Positions 49,401 to 57,892 are shown, numbered from the stretch's first letter. The stretch is 64,000 nucleotides of DNA from an uncultured Methanomassiliicoccus sp. (GCA_944319735.1 CALUEU010000007.1:1189-65188); one strand, 5' to 3'. Notes: generated from the sequence alone by a model not told the origin. Numbers and translations: made by a program.

Positions 49401-49502
49401 AAGAAAGATGATAACAACACAATATACTACGCTGTTGCAGCAATCGTAGTTATTCTGATCATCATTGCTTTAGCATATTACTTCATGAAGAAGAAGCAGT
49501 GA
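46497..49502 (+). CDS. adhesin-like surface protein, C-terminal piece (GG-rung repeats, parallel beta-helix, Listeria-Bacteroides repeat, TM anchor)
   Basis: No signal peptide. Periodic ..I.ISGG.V...V.GGG.. units. VTFDPNGG...FDGWYDA..G.....F....ENTTLYAKW (about 48480-48702). Pro/Glu linker. C-terminal TM IYYAVAAIVVILIIIALAYYF + KKKQ. Confidence 0.75.
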   Translation: MPLDIMDNRIFANGNAITISDGTNNNTSKITYGNNIIFVDNFDLSIFSVFGGSKNASVNSTSITMTGGTVKSIFAGGSGADASNVAGVGGNTLSYDAVSKPDANEAYNANVIISGGKVTTKVAGGGVDYAYVGSVNIEISGNAKVGNVTGGGNNLNTGVTENTNIVGYANIMIKDGAEIKYMDGEIDYGSVYGGGFSYAYVGEAEITVGGNASAAYVTGGGMNGVTNKSTINVLASAKIGLLSGVNRGIVNEMEFNILDSFQGTIDQIALGGCSSYEDSNTQFHANTSDGAIIGSVTLNVPNSALKSSDENEPTKFFLGRGLYSNYGKGGFTCNGVQYYQHYTYSSTAIGGAEALTSVISVDVTVNGNALVIADVGETHKSYDPTTFIIGNDKTWTFENGAIISFTASEITTELQNGGKLIFDGANVGEDGLVLTCGGDIEIKNTDFTKKGLYIKGANNVTIQNCEFTGIIEDLQLANNSPHMHHPSAIHVDSAKGIVTIKGNILDNIHSESLLDSISGENKNKFMGISVTSNDDSPGSITISDNKITDVLHNAIYTIGKFSSISITNNVIENWASQSTEDKGRAIRIDMKLASNNIEVSGNTFVKSYTDIVGFGNSGKYDDGNILKIDVDAAFKDNVLVLSGIDSYSYADLFIIGSDENKKMVTFDPNGGYYYTSSEPGVLCSIITADSTVSEPADPLRSGSYSFDGWYDAATGGNKLTFPLNITENTTLYAKWTYTGGSGIPVTPPTDDPEPEPIVPDENNNVTVPSIDDKKADELVHKAVSSGSDSISIIDTSDVKGEYTEVTVSKSDLETISKKIENNNNINSVSIETSEGDIIIEKEVLNSILKNTDADSVSFEIEDAKDKLTEEQKKAVGDRPVYDINIKAGNENITSFDGKTITISLPYTLKPGEDPENIVVYYVKEDGSLEKMNCTYKDGKVIFETDHLSKYVIGYEESDKPVTPDTPDNKKDDNNTIYYAVAAIVVILIIIALAYYFMKKKQ

Positions 49503-49788
49503 TGATAACAAACAAAACAAATTACTGAACATCAATAGATGTCAGTAAACTCCTTTTTATTTTATCCTTTTCTATTTCTGTAATGTTACTTTATGAAAAG
49601 ATGTATATTGATTGCCCATTCATACAAAATAAGCATTAATCCAAGCGCATTTGATTTTTGAACTAATCTCCATTTGGAATTATAAGTGATATAGCAAATT
49701 CTACAATAGCAATCACAACAGAATAACAATAATACAGTCTTGCATATGCTATTCTTATTGAGATATTTCAAATACTGTATTTGGTATT

Positions 49789-50928
49789 GTGATGCATATG
49801 TCCAATGAGTTTTTGACAGTTAAACTGTCAGGGAAACGATTCAATTCTCATATACTACCAATGGACATTCTATCGGATTTTAAAATTTTAGAAAATATGA
49901 TTGTAGCTCAGGCAAAAGCTTATTATTTCGAAACACACCCCGATCGTAAGAGGCTTCCTAAAGGTTTTATCAACAATATTACTATGGGCTTATCAAACAT
50001 TGAAAAAGGGTCTGTTGTATGTGATGTGGAAATAGCATATGATGCCCAATCCACATACGTTCTAGAAGTTGAAGAGTACTACAGGCACTCAGTCAACGAT
50101 ATTATTCGCATAATTAAAATGGGAGAAAATGACGATTTAAACGATCTCAATCTTTCCGATCAAAAAATTCTTAAAAATTTTGATAAATTTGGATGCAATC
50201 TGAAAGATGACGAATCTATGAGTTTTCTTTCTGCAAACAATAATGTAGCAATCTTGACAAAATCGTCTAGGCAAAAAATGATACTTGCTTCAAAAAATGT
50301 GGAATATAATGAGATTTTAGAAGACTATGGCATTATCTCTGCAGTTGATATAAAAACATCCATTTTTAAAATATCATTTTTCGATAATGAAGACCGTCGC
50401 ATAGATGCACCCTTATCTGATGAATATTCAAAGGCTGTAGGTGATGCTATTTTTGACTCTGAAAAAGGTCATATTGTATGGGTCAAAGGCACAGGGCTAT
50501 TTGACAGAAATGGAAAATTAGTAAAATTGGAATCTATAGATGAATTAGTTTTGTTAGACTCTTTAGATATTCAGGCTAGGCTCCATGAACTGTCATTTCT
50601 CAAAGATGGATGGTATGATGGTATTGGATTAGCCCCTTCGAGTACGTCATTGAAAGAACTCTCATCAATGTTTTCGGAACATTATCCAGAAAACGCACCT
50701 CTTCCACGAATATATCCTACTCCAGAAGGAAATGTGTCTGTAGAATGGACTATAGGCAATTGGGAAATTAGTCTTGAAATTGAATTATGCAGCCTAGTCG
50801 GAACATTTCTTGCAATAGATGTACTAACTAATAAAGAACTTGAAAAAGAAATAAATCTTAAAGAACCAGCTGCATGGAAAGACCTTACTAATTTCATCAC
50901 AAATCTGAATGAGGGTGTAAATGAATAA
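49789..50928 (+). CDS. hypothetical protein (379 aa), unknown family
   Basis: Long ORF at roughly 25-30% GC by spot counts, with no enzymatic motif. The C-terminal module is FLKDGWYDGIGLAP...PRIYPTPEGNVSVEW. The start is GTG 49789 or ATG 49792/49798. Confidence 0.65.
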   Translation: MMHMSNEFLTVKLSGKRFNSHILPMDILSDFKILENMIVAQAKAYYFETHPDRKRLPKGFINNITMGLSNIEKGSVVCDVEIAYDAQSTYVLEVEEYYRHSVNDIIRIIKMGENDDLNDLNLSDQKILKNFDKFGCNLKDDESMSFLSANNNVAILTKSSRQKMILASKNVEYNEILEDYGIISAVDIKTSIFKISFFDNEDRRIDAPLSDEYSKAVGDAIFDSEKGHIVWVKGTGLFDRNGKLVKLESIDELVLLDSLDIQARLHELSFLKDGWYDGIGLAPSSTSLKELSSMFSEHYPENAPLPRIYPTPEGNVSVEWTIGNWEISLEIELCSLVGTFLAIDVLTNKELEKEINLKEPAAWKDLTNFITNLNEGVNE

Positions 50929-51304
50929 TGATACATTTCTTCTAAGACATGTTCATAGAAATTTCATTCAGGCAGGTGTGCCAACTAGACAAGTATTCAG
51001 ACCAACTCCTAAGGATGAGAAACGCCTTTCTGTCTATGATGGGGATATGATTCTACCCGCAGATGCATACAACCATTATACCAAGGAGCTGAAGCAATCT
51101 TCAGCTGGCATAGTTGCAGTAACTTTTAGTGAGTGTGCCTCAGAAAATTTGTCCATATTGGAGGATCGCGCTCCGTTTTCTGAACATGTATCCATTGATT
51201 TCTCTGAGATAAGTAGCAATAATAAGATTGATAAAATTGCACTCAAATTAAAGAATTATGCTAATAAGCGCGGATGGCTATACGGACCCATTTTTGAAAA
51301 ATGA
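50921..51304 (+). CDS. hypothetical protein (127 aa), unknown family
   Basis: ATG 50921 lies inside the stop region of the upstream ORF (8-nt overlap), with GAGGGTG upstream. N-terminal LLRHVHRNF...FRPTPKDEKRLSVYDG. Confidence 0.6.
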   Translation: MNNDTFLLRHVHRNFIQAGVPTRQVFRPTPKDEKRLSVYDGDMILPADAYNHYTKELKQSSAGIVAVTFSECASENLSILEDRAPFSEHVSIDFSEISSNNKIDKIALKLKNYANKRGWLYGPIFEK

Positions 51305-51421
51305 TATTATTTCATTGACTTTGGAAAGATGAATTTAAATTTATAAAGAATTTAAATATAAATCAATCCAACTGAATACATCTTTGATGTTTTTATAACT
51401 TGTTAATTATTAACTGGTGGA

Positions 51422-51898
51422 TTATGACATATCAGTCAACTGCTTCATACACCTTTCAACAAACTTCATGGTCTGTTGAGTAATTTCTGCAGTTTCAGCA
51501 GGAGAACAACCTTCTTTAAGGCATCTTTTGACAACGACGCTCATAGGTTCTCCCACCTCAATAATATGGTGATCGGGATCGTAAATGCGGATAACTCTCT
51601 GCTTCCAGTCATGTGTTTTCATCTTGTGAACATATTCAATCGGATATTTTTCTAACTTATCTATGAATTCATCCAAATCTTCAGTTTCAAAATAAAGTTC
51701 CATATTATTTGACTTTTCAAATATCTCTTCGGGAGAAACATCAATCAGCCATGCAAAATCTTCCTGTATTGCAAATCCTCCGCTGAACGTTACATTCTTG
51801 CCATAATCACAGACGACACGCTGACCAAATATTTCTTTATAGAATTTTTTAGAGACTTCAATGTCTTTCACGGCTAACAAAGGTAGTTTGAATTTCAT
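51422..51898 (-). CDS. VOC (glyoxalase/bleomycin-resistance) family protein
   Basis: MKFKLPLLAVKDIEVSKKFY and the paired beta-alpha-beta-beta-beta layout. ATG 51898 preferred. Confidence 0.7.
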   Translation of the reverse strand: MKFKLPLLAVKDIEVSKKFYKEIFGQRVVCDYGKNVTFSGGFAIQEDFAWLIDVSPEEIFEKSNNMELYFETEDLDEFIDKLEKYPIEYVHKMKTHDWKQRVIRIYDPDHHIIEVGEPMSVVVKRCLKEGCSPAETAEITQQTMKFVERCMKQLTDMS

Positions 51899-51962
51899 AA
51901 GATCACATTTTAATGTATAAAAAGAAATTAACACTCCCTTCAGAGAAGGAAGTGCTGTTTAT

Positions 51963-53309
51963 TTAAAGTCTGTTTTCCAGCTCTTTTTTAGCTTTTTCTG
52001 CAATCTCCTGAGATGAGAATTTTCCTTTAGTTTCTTTCATCACTCTGCCGATGATGAAGTTCGCTGCTTTCGGGTTGTTTCTATAATCCTCAACTACTTC
52101 AGGATGCTCGTCAGCAATTTGAGCTATCAGGCCGTCGACATCTATGTCTAAATCATCAACAGACGCCATTTCTTTACCTTTGGAAAGCGCCTCGATACGC
52201 AGTTTAGCGTCACTGTCAGTAATCCTTCCTTCTGCAGCTTCGGTAACTATCTGCAGCAGAGTTTCATGAAGTTTATCAGACATCTTTTCCTGCAGGCCCT
52301 TCCATCTTGATGACAGAGCACCTAAACACCAGCTTGCAGCCTTTTCCGCTCCGATCTTAGCAGCCAGTTCTTCAAAGATGTCTGCCAGATCCCATGATGT
52401 AGCTACAAGCTGCTTGGCAGTGGAGAACTGCATGCCATACTCTTTCTCAAAGCGTTTAGCTCTGGTCAGAGGAGTCTCTGGAACTTTCAAGGCGGCGGCC
52501 ATTTCTGTGATGGTATATGTTCCCAGGTCGGGCTCGCCGATGTAGCCGTAGTCTTCTTCAAACTCTTTTTCTCTTCCCGGAGTGGTAACGCCGCGCTCCT
52601 CATCGAAGTGCCTGGTCTCACGCACTATTTTCTTTTTAGCGGCAAGCATCTTTGTCTGTCGTATGACTTCAAACTTGAGGCCGCGTTCCACGTTCTTCAC
52701 GCCCGTGATGTTCTTAATCTCCACTCTTTCAACACCTACAGAGATGTTGGCGTCAACCCTCATCGTCTGTTCCTGCCCTGAGACTCCGATAAGCTGCCTC
52801 AGTTCAGTCATCAGGCTGGTAAGGAACTCCCTTGCTTCTGCAGGAGAGCTCATGTCCGGAGCTGTCACGATCTCTACCAGCGGAATGCCGGAACGGTCAT
52901 AGTCAACAAGCGCCAGCTCAGAGCCGGCCTTGCCGACGCGCTTTATCCTTCCCGGGTCTTCTTCAATGTGAACTCTGTTAATGTGAATCTCTTTGCCGCC
53001 GACTACAAACACGCCGTCTGTTCCTACCGGAGACTCATACTGCGTAGTCTGGAAGTTTTTCGGCAAGTCTGGATAGAAGTAAGTCTTTCTGGAAAACCAG
53101 ATTCTGTCAGTTATCGTGCAGCCCATGAATTTAGCAATCAGTATGCCCATCTCCAGAGCTTTGCGGTTGAGAGACGGCTTGGAACCGGGAAATCCCAAAC
53201 AGACCGGGCAGATTGAACCGTTGGGGCCGTTCTCGCTTCCTGTGGGGCAGGAGCAGAAAAGCTTGCTTTTGGTCGGCAGCTGCACATGAACTTCCAATCC
53301 GATCTTCAT
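51963..53309 (-). CDS. gatB: Asp/Glu-tRNA amidotransferase subunit B
   Basis: IGLEVHVQL, CPVCLGFPG and a C-terminal YqeY-like tail. Confidence 0.9.
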   Translation of the reverse strand: MKIGLEVHVQLPTKSKLFCSCPTGSENGPNGSICPVCLGFPGSKPSLNRKALEMGILIAKFMGCTITDRIWFSRKTYFYPDLPKNFQTTQYESPVGTDGVFVVGGKEIHINRVHIEEDPGRIKRVGKAGSELALVDYDRSGIPLVEIVTAPDMSSPAEAREFLTSLMTELRQLIGVSGQEQTMRVDANISVGVERVEIKNITGVKNVERGLKFEVIRQTKMLAAKKKIVRETRHFDEERGVTTPGREKEFEEDYGYIGEPDLGTYTITEMAAALKVPETPLTRAKRFEKEYGMQFSTAKQLVATSWDLADIFEELAAKIGAEKAASWCLGALSSRWKGLQEKMSDKLHETLLQIVTEAAEGRITDSDAKLRIEALSKGKEMASVDDLDIDVDGLIAQIADEHPEVVEDYRNNPKAANFIIGRVMKETKGKFSSQEIAEKAKKELENRL

Positions 53310-54616
53310 AAGCTCACCTCCGGAAACTTGTATTCAAAGTTTGATTCCCAGTTCTCTGCAAATTGCACTAATTTTCCTTCATTCCACTGTGCTGCCACAG
53401 CCTGCAGACCCACAGGCAGGTTGTCATAGTATCCGCATGGTACAGATAGATGAGGCATTCCTGTAAGGTTCGGCGGTACAGTCAGGAAGTCAGCCTGATA
53501 GATCTCCAGCGGAGCCATCGAGGCAATCTCGTCGAAACGTTTGGGGAGGAAAGGCATAGTGGGACTGACAACCGCGTCGCATTCCTCGAAGACTTTATTG
53601 TACTCCCTTATAATCAACTGCCTGACCTGCAGAGCCTTGATGTAATACTTGTTTCTGAAGCCGACCATTCTGGAGAATGTTCCCAGAAGCACTCTTCTTT
53701 TAGCCTCGTCGCCGAACTCTTCCGATCTCGGCTTGGAAAAGAACTCATTGAAGCTTTTGTCGAAATCTTCATTCATTACGCCGAATCTCATTCCGCAGTA
53801 CCTTGCTAAGTTGGTTGAGGCTTCAGATGTTGCCAGGATGTAATAGGCAGGGGTTGCATACTTCAGAGAAGGCATGCTGATCCTGCGGACTTTTATTCCC
53901 ATCTCTTCAAGCTTTTTCAATGCGTTTTCGAAGCATGTCATCACTTCTGCGCTGATGTTCTGCGTCAGCTCTGACGGCACTGCTACTTCTGCCACCTTTC
54001 CGCTCATGTCCAGCTGAGGCTGGGCGCATGATGTTGGGTCTCTTTCATCTTTACCTGATATAACTGGCAGGAACTTTCTCACATCCTTAGATGTTCTGGA
54101 GAGAATGCCCACCTTGTCAAGCGAGTTGCCGTAATCGATAAGACCATATCTTGAAACTCTGCCGTATGTTGGCGTAAAACCGACAACACCGCAGAAAGAG
54201 GCAGGACAGGCAATTGAGCCTCCTGTGCTGACTCCCAATGCCACATGGTCAGGAATAATGCAGGCTGCAGCAGCAGCTCCTCCGGAAGATCCGCCGCAGC
54301 TTCTCTCAGGATCAAAGGGATTCTTGGGAACACCGTATGCAGAATTGACGCTGAATGTTCCGAAGCCGAACTCATCCATGTTCGTCTTGCCGATCAACAG
54401 GCCGCCTTCTTCTCTCATTTTCTTTATCGGGGTGGCGTCAAAAGGAGGTCTGTAGCCTTCCAATATCCTGCTGCCCGCTCTGGCCTGAAATTCTGTAGAG
54501 CATAAGTTGTCCTTAGCTGAAAAATGAAATTTGCAGCCGTCTAATCCTATTTCCTTCAGGCGGTCGGCGAACACCTCGTGCTTGTCAGCGGCCTCTATGA
54601 ACCTCTCTAAGCTCAT
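53306..54616 (-). CDS. gatA: Asp/Glu-tRNA amidotransferase subunit A
   Basis: Amidase signature GGSSGGAAAA with the Ser-cisSer-Lys context. 4-nt overlaps with gatB and gatC. Confidence 0.9.
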   Translation of the reverse strand: MSLERFIEAADKHEVFADRLKEIGLDGCKFHFSAKDNLCSTEFQARAGSRILEGYRPPFDATPIKKMREEGGLLIGKTNMDEFGFGTFSVNSAYGVPKNPFDPERSCGGSSGGAAAAACIIPDHVALGVSTGGSIACPASFCGVVGFTPTYGRVSRYGLIDYGNSLDKVGILSRTSKDVRKFLPVISGKDERDPTSCAQPQLDMSGKVAEVAVPSELTQNISAEVMTCFENALKKLEEMGIKVRRISMPSLKYATPAYYILATSEASTNLARYCGMRFGVMNEDFDKSFNEFFSKPRSEEFGDEAKRRVLLGTFSRMVGFRNKYYIKALQVRQLIIREYNKVFEECDAVVSPTMPFLPKRFDEIASMAPLEIYQADFLTVPPNLTGMPHLSVPCGYYDNLPVGLQAVAAQWNEGKLVQFAENWESNFEYKFPEVSL

Positions 54617-54891
54617 ATTACTCTCGGCCCCCTGACTCTGTCATCCACAGTGTGCATCAAGTCCCTGAGGACTGCCGGATCGATTTCCAGACAAGGCTCG
54701 TCATCTCTGAGGATATTCTCTACGTTGACAGGATTGAAGTCAAAGCTGTCGCATTCCGGAGCCTCATCAAGAATTGAAAATGCTTCCAGAATCTCTTCCA
54801 GATCCTCTGAGTATCTCTTCAGCTCTTCTTCTGTGAGATTTATTCTGGCTACTTTAGCCACCCTCTCTACGGTCTTGGGATCTATTGCCAT
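54613..54891 (-). CDS. gatC: Asp/Glu-tRNA amidotransferase subunit C
   Basis: MAIDPKTVERVAKVARINLTEEE is the typical GatC N-terminus. ATG 54891 is preferred over 54915. Confidence 0.85.
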   Translation of the reverse strand: MAIDPKTVERVAKVARINLTEEELKRYSEDLEEILEAFSILDEAPECDSFDFNPVNVENILRDDEPCLEIDPAVLRDLMHTVDDRVRGPRVI

Positions 54892-54964
54892 TAACGATAC
54901 CTCATGAAACTTCACACTGGACGTGCTGCCTTTTTGGAGAACACATAATTCCTAATATATTGTA

Positions 54965-54986
54965 CTATGCCCCACAGGGGGCATAG
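54965..54986. other. perfect 9-bp GC-rich hairpin upstream of gatC
   Basis: CTATGCCCC-ACAG-GGGGCATAG read directly. No flanking T-run. Confidence 0.5.
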
Positions 54987-55099
54987 CGTAAAAACAACAG
55001 CATCAGACTTGCATTTTTATAGTCATTTCATAAAAAGTCAGTTTATAATAAACATCTTTCAGACGCCATGTATTTACGTTTAAAATTTTCATTTATGCT

Positions 55100-55336
55100 T
55101 TATCTTTTCTTTTCTTCTTCTTTCTCCATAAGTTCTATCATTCTCGCCATCAGAGGAATCATCCTCTCCATTATGTATAAGACTCTTAACAGCTGCCTTA
55201 CTATCCTGAAACATATGAGGAACGCATCGCCTCTGCCGCTGAGATGATAGTCTCTCACAAATTTGTCTATTTCAGGTAACATGTCTGTCGGTACACTTGA
55301 CTTAACTGGGCTTTTTCTCTGACTCTTTTTAGTCAT
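55100..55336 (-). CDS. hypothetical small protein (78 aa)
   Basis: ORF with a basic N-terminus and a helical, Met/Leu-rich C-terminus. No motif. Confidence 0.4.
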   Translation of the reverse strand: MTKKSQRKSPVKSSVPTDMLPEIDKFVRDYHLSGRGDAFLICFRIVRQLLRVLYIMERMIPLMARMIELMEKEEEKKR

Positions 55337-55484
55337 AGCCCCTTACCAACACAATAATAACTTAACTCTGATGAGATGCATAAATTTTTATTTTTATATG
55401 ACATATTATTTAATATACCATTTTCTACTTGTTTTTGCAATAATTTGGCGACACGCTATTAACCACCTTTGTGCCTAAGATATA

Positions 55485-55967
55485 TTGATTAACATGCCAT
55501 GCGGTCAAAATTCTAAAGGATGCAGCAGTGCAGACGGAAAATGTAGCATTCCCAAAACAAACGATGGAAGCAAGGAAAGCAGAGAGCGTGCCGATAAAGC
55601 AGTTGAAGATATGAAAAACTGCATGGGTGGATATGTGCCCTGTGCTCTGGATCACATAAGACAGTATCATCCTGATCTGGCTGTAACGATTAAAGAAATG
55701 GATAAAGTGCTTATGGAAGATGGGGCACTGGACCGCAAAACGAAGAGGCTGATTGCTTTAGCCTGCGTAGCCGTCCGTATGTGTGAAGACTGCGTATATC
55801 CTCAGGCCAGAGTAGCAGCCAACTATGGTGCTACCAGCGAAGAGATCATTGAAGCGATGCATGTCGCTGTTGTTGTCGGAGGAGTTCCTTCCTGGTCAAT
55901 GGCAAAAAGAGGACTGACTCAGATTCTGGAAGAACTCAAAGTCGAAGAGGCTGAAAAGTCAGAGTGA
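55485..55967 (+). CDS. carboxymuconolactone decarboxylase (AhpD-like) family protein
   Basis: LDRKTKRLIALACVAVRMCEDCVYPQARVAANYGATSEEIIEAMHVA matches the CMD family core with CxxC. Confidence 0.75.
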   Translation: MINMPCGQNSKGCSSADGKCSIPKTNDGSKESRERADKAVEDMKNCMGGYVPCALDHIRQYHPDLAVTIKEMDKVLMEDGALDRKTKRLIALACVAVRMCEDCVYPQARVAANYGATSEEIIEAMHVAVVVGGVPSWSMAKRGLTQILEELKVEEAEKSE

Positions 55968-56082
55968 GATTCTTTATCTGTTCAAATAGATATATGTTGC
56001 TATTCACAGCAGCATTTTTTCCTTCTTTTTAGCAGAAAGTTTATTTCCAAGTCAATTTATTGGCACTTTAACGTGATAATCT

Positions 56083-56583
56083 ATGGCGGAAGAAGTTGAT
56101 AAACTCATAAAGCAGGCTAATCAGCTGATGGAAAAAGAGGAGTTTGCAAAAGCTATGTCTAAATTTGACAAAGCTGCTAAAACAGAACCCTCTAATGCTG
56201 AAGCATGGTTCGGAAAGGCTGAGGCAGCCATCTTAGTCCCTAAAGCTAAGCTCGAGGACATTCTGGAAGCCTACAACAAAGCTGCAGAGCTGGACCCGAA
56301 GAATCCAGTGTATCAGAGCAGCATGGGTTCCTTCTGTATAGATGCCGGTATGTTCACCGAGGCAGAAGCAGCTTATTCCAAGGCCGCAGAGATTGATCCT
56401 GACAACGCTCCTTATTACTACTCAGAATATGCAGTTGAGCTGTTCAAAAGGGCGCCGATTGTGTTGGAAGATACAATGGATGACGCTACTGAAGAGATGA
56501 TCATGAAAAAATCTCTCAGATTCCTGCTCAAATCCATCGGTCTCGAAGAAAGCGACGCTCTGGAACTTTTGCAGAGAAAGTAA
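56083..56583 (+). CDS. TPR-repeat protein
   Basis: Three to four 34-aa repeats (..AWFGKAEA.., ..AYNKAAELDPKN.., ..AYSKAAEIDPDN..). Confidence 0.7.
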   Translation: MAEEVDKLIKQANQLMEKEEFAKAMSKFDKAAKTEPSNAEAWFGKAEAAILVPKAKLEDILEAYNKAAELDPKNPVYQSSMGSFCIDAGMFTEAEAAYSKAAEIDPDNAPYYYSEYAVELFKRAPIVLEDTMDDATEEMIMKKSLRFLLKSIGLEESDALELLQRK

Positions 56584-56585
56584 GA

Positions 56586-57269
56586 TTACAGCAGACCCAG
56601 TCTGCTCAAACCCTCTATAACTCCGGTTCCGTATTTTTCTTTGCAGACATAGTCTGCTGAAGCGCATGCTTCAACGGAACCGTTGGCAACGGCTATGCCG
56701 TAGCCGCATTCTTTCAGCATTTCCTTGTCATTGTCAGAATCGCCGAAAGCTGCAATCTCGTTCATTTTTATGTTTAACAGCTCGGCAGCCTTTTTCACTC
56801 CGACAGCTTTATTCTGTCCTTTGTTCAGAAGATGAATGGCGAAACCGGTTTCTTCTATTGCAATGTCAAAATCTTTCAGTGCCGCCTTTACTTTTTCAAT
56901 ACTCATGCAGTTGTCCAATGAGACCGCGCTCAATCTCCACTGGTCTGAGAATAATCTGGTCACGGGCATCTGCGATTCCAGATATGCCAATGCCTTTCTC
57001 GGCAGTTCTGAACTGAAAAGCTGGTAGTTCTTCTTTTTGTAACTGACAACTCCGCCGTTTTCTGCAATTACCGGTCCTCTGAGACCGATATAGTTTGAAA
57101 CGGCATAAGCCACCGGGACCACATTTCCAGAGGCTATGCAGACATGAATGCCCTTTGCCTGCACTTTTCTCAGTGCTAAGATAACATTCACATCAATCAG
57201 CTGGTGTTTGTCGGTAATGGTCCCGTCTATGTCAGTGACAACCGCCTTTATTTCAGTCTCTGGAATCAT
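56586..57269 (-). CDS. HAD-IIB hydrolase, archaeal phosphoglycolate phosphatase-like
   Basis: DIDGTIT motif I, a SGN motif II region and GDSDNDKEM motif IV. Confidence 0.75.
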   Translation of the reverse strand: MIPETEIKAVVTDIDGTITDKHQLIDVNVILALRKVQAKGIHVCIASGNVVPVAYAVSNYIGLRGPVIAENGGVVSYKKKNYQLFSSELPRKALAYLESQMPVTRLFSDQWRLSAVSLDNCMSIEKVKAALKDFDIAIEETGFAIHLLNKGQNKAVGVKKAAELLNIKMNEIAAFGDSDNDKEMLKECGYGIAVANGSVEACASADYVCKEKYGTGVIEGLSRLGLL

Positions 57270-57352
57270 CCAATGACATATACTAAGCTGAAGATTTCAT
57301 AGTTTTGATTGTTTTTGTCTGAGATCTAAACATCTTTTGGTCATAGTACAAA

Positions 57353-57673
57353 TTATTCTTTCTTGCAGAACTTGCTGTTCATCAAGGGAATGCCTATCAG
57401 CATGGGCAAGAAAGGTATAATTATTGCATAGGCCACACCAAAGAATCTAAGATCATACAGATAAAATGTTATTATAAGCAAGATGCCAACTGAAAATACT
57501 GTTAAACCAGATACGCGTAACAATCTCTTTTCATTGTATTTGCTGCGCTCTTCATCACTTGCAGTATTATATCCGGCAAGTAGTTCTTTTCCGTATCCAA
57601 ACATCATGATGATTCCGAAAATAATCATTGGAATTGCACCAAATGCCAATACCATCCAGAAAGCTATAGACAT
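57353..57673 (-). CDS. DUF3784-like small membrane protein
   Basis: Two N-terminal TM helices, LLAGYNTASDEERSKYNEK, and two C-terminal TM helices. Confidence 0.6.
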   Translation of the reverse strand: MSIAFWMVLAFGAIPMIIFGIIMMFGYGKELLAGYNTASDEERSKYNEKRLLRVSGLTVFSVGILLIITFYLYDLRFFGVAYAIIIPFLPMLIGIPLMNSKFCKKE

Positions 57674-57751
57674 CTATCTATCAATATTTAAATGAATATA
57701 TTTTGTTATTGCATCTTCCGTTTTGCACAGCGGAACTCTAGACATCATAAC

Positions 57752-57800
57752 CTTACCAATAATCTAAAAATTGGTAAGCTATTGGTAAGGTATTGGTAAG
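57752..57800. repeat. ATTGGTAAG motif: one inverted copy plus three direct copies at 11-nt period
   Basis: CTTACCAAT at 57752-60. ATTGGTAAG at 57770-78, 57781-89 and 57792-800. A fifth copy lies at 58794-58802. Confidence 0.9.
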
Positions 57801-57892
57801 CAATATTTCAAAAATATCGTCAAAATTCTGCTGCCCTCTTGCATTAACATTTCACAGAAGTTATAAAAATTAAGAATGCAATAGTGAACGAT

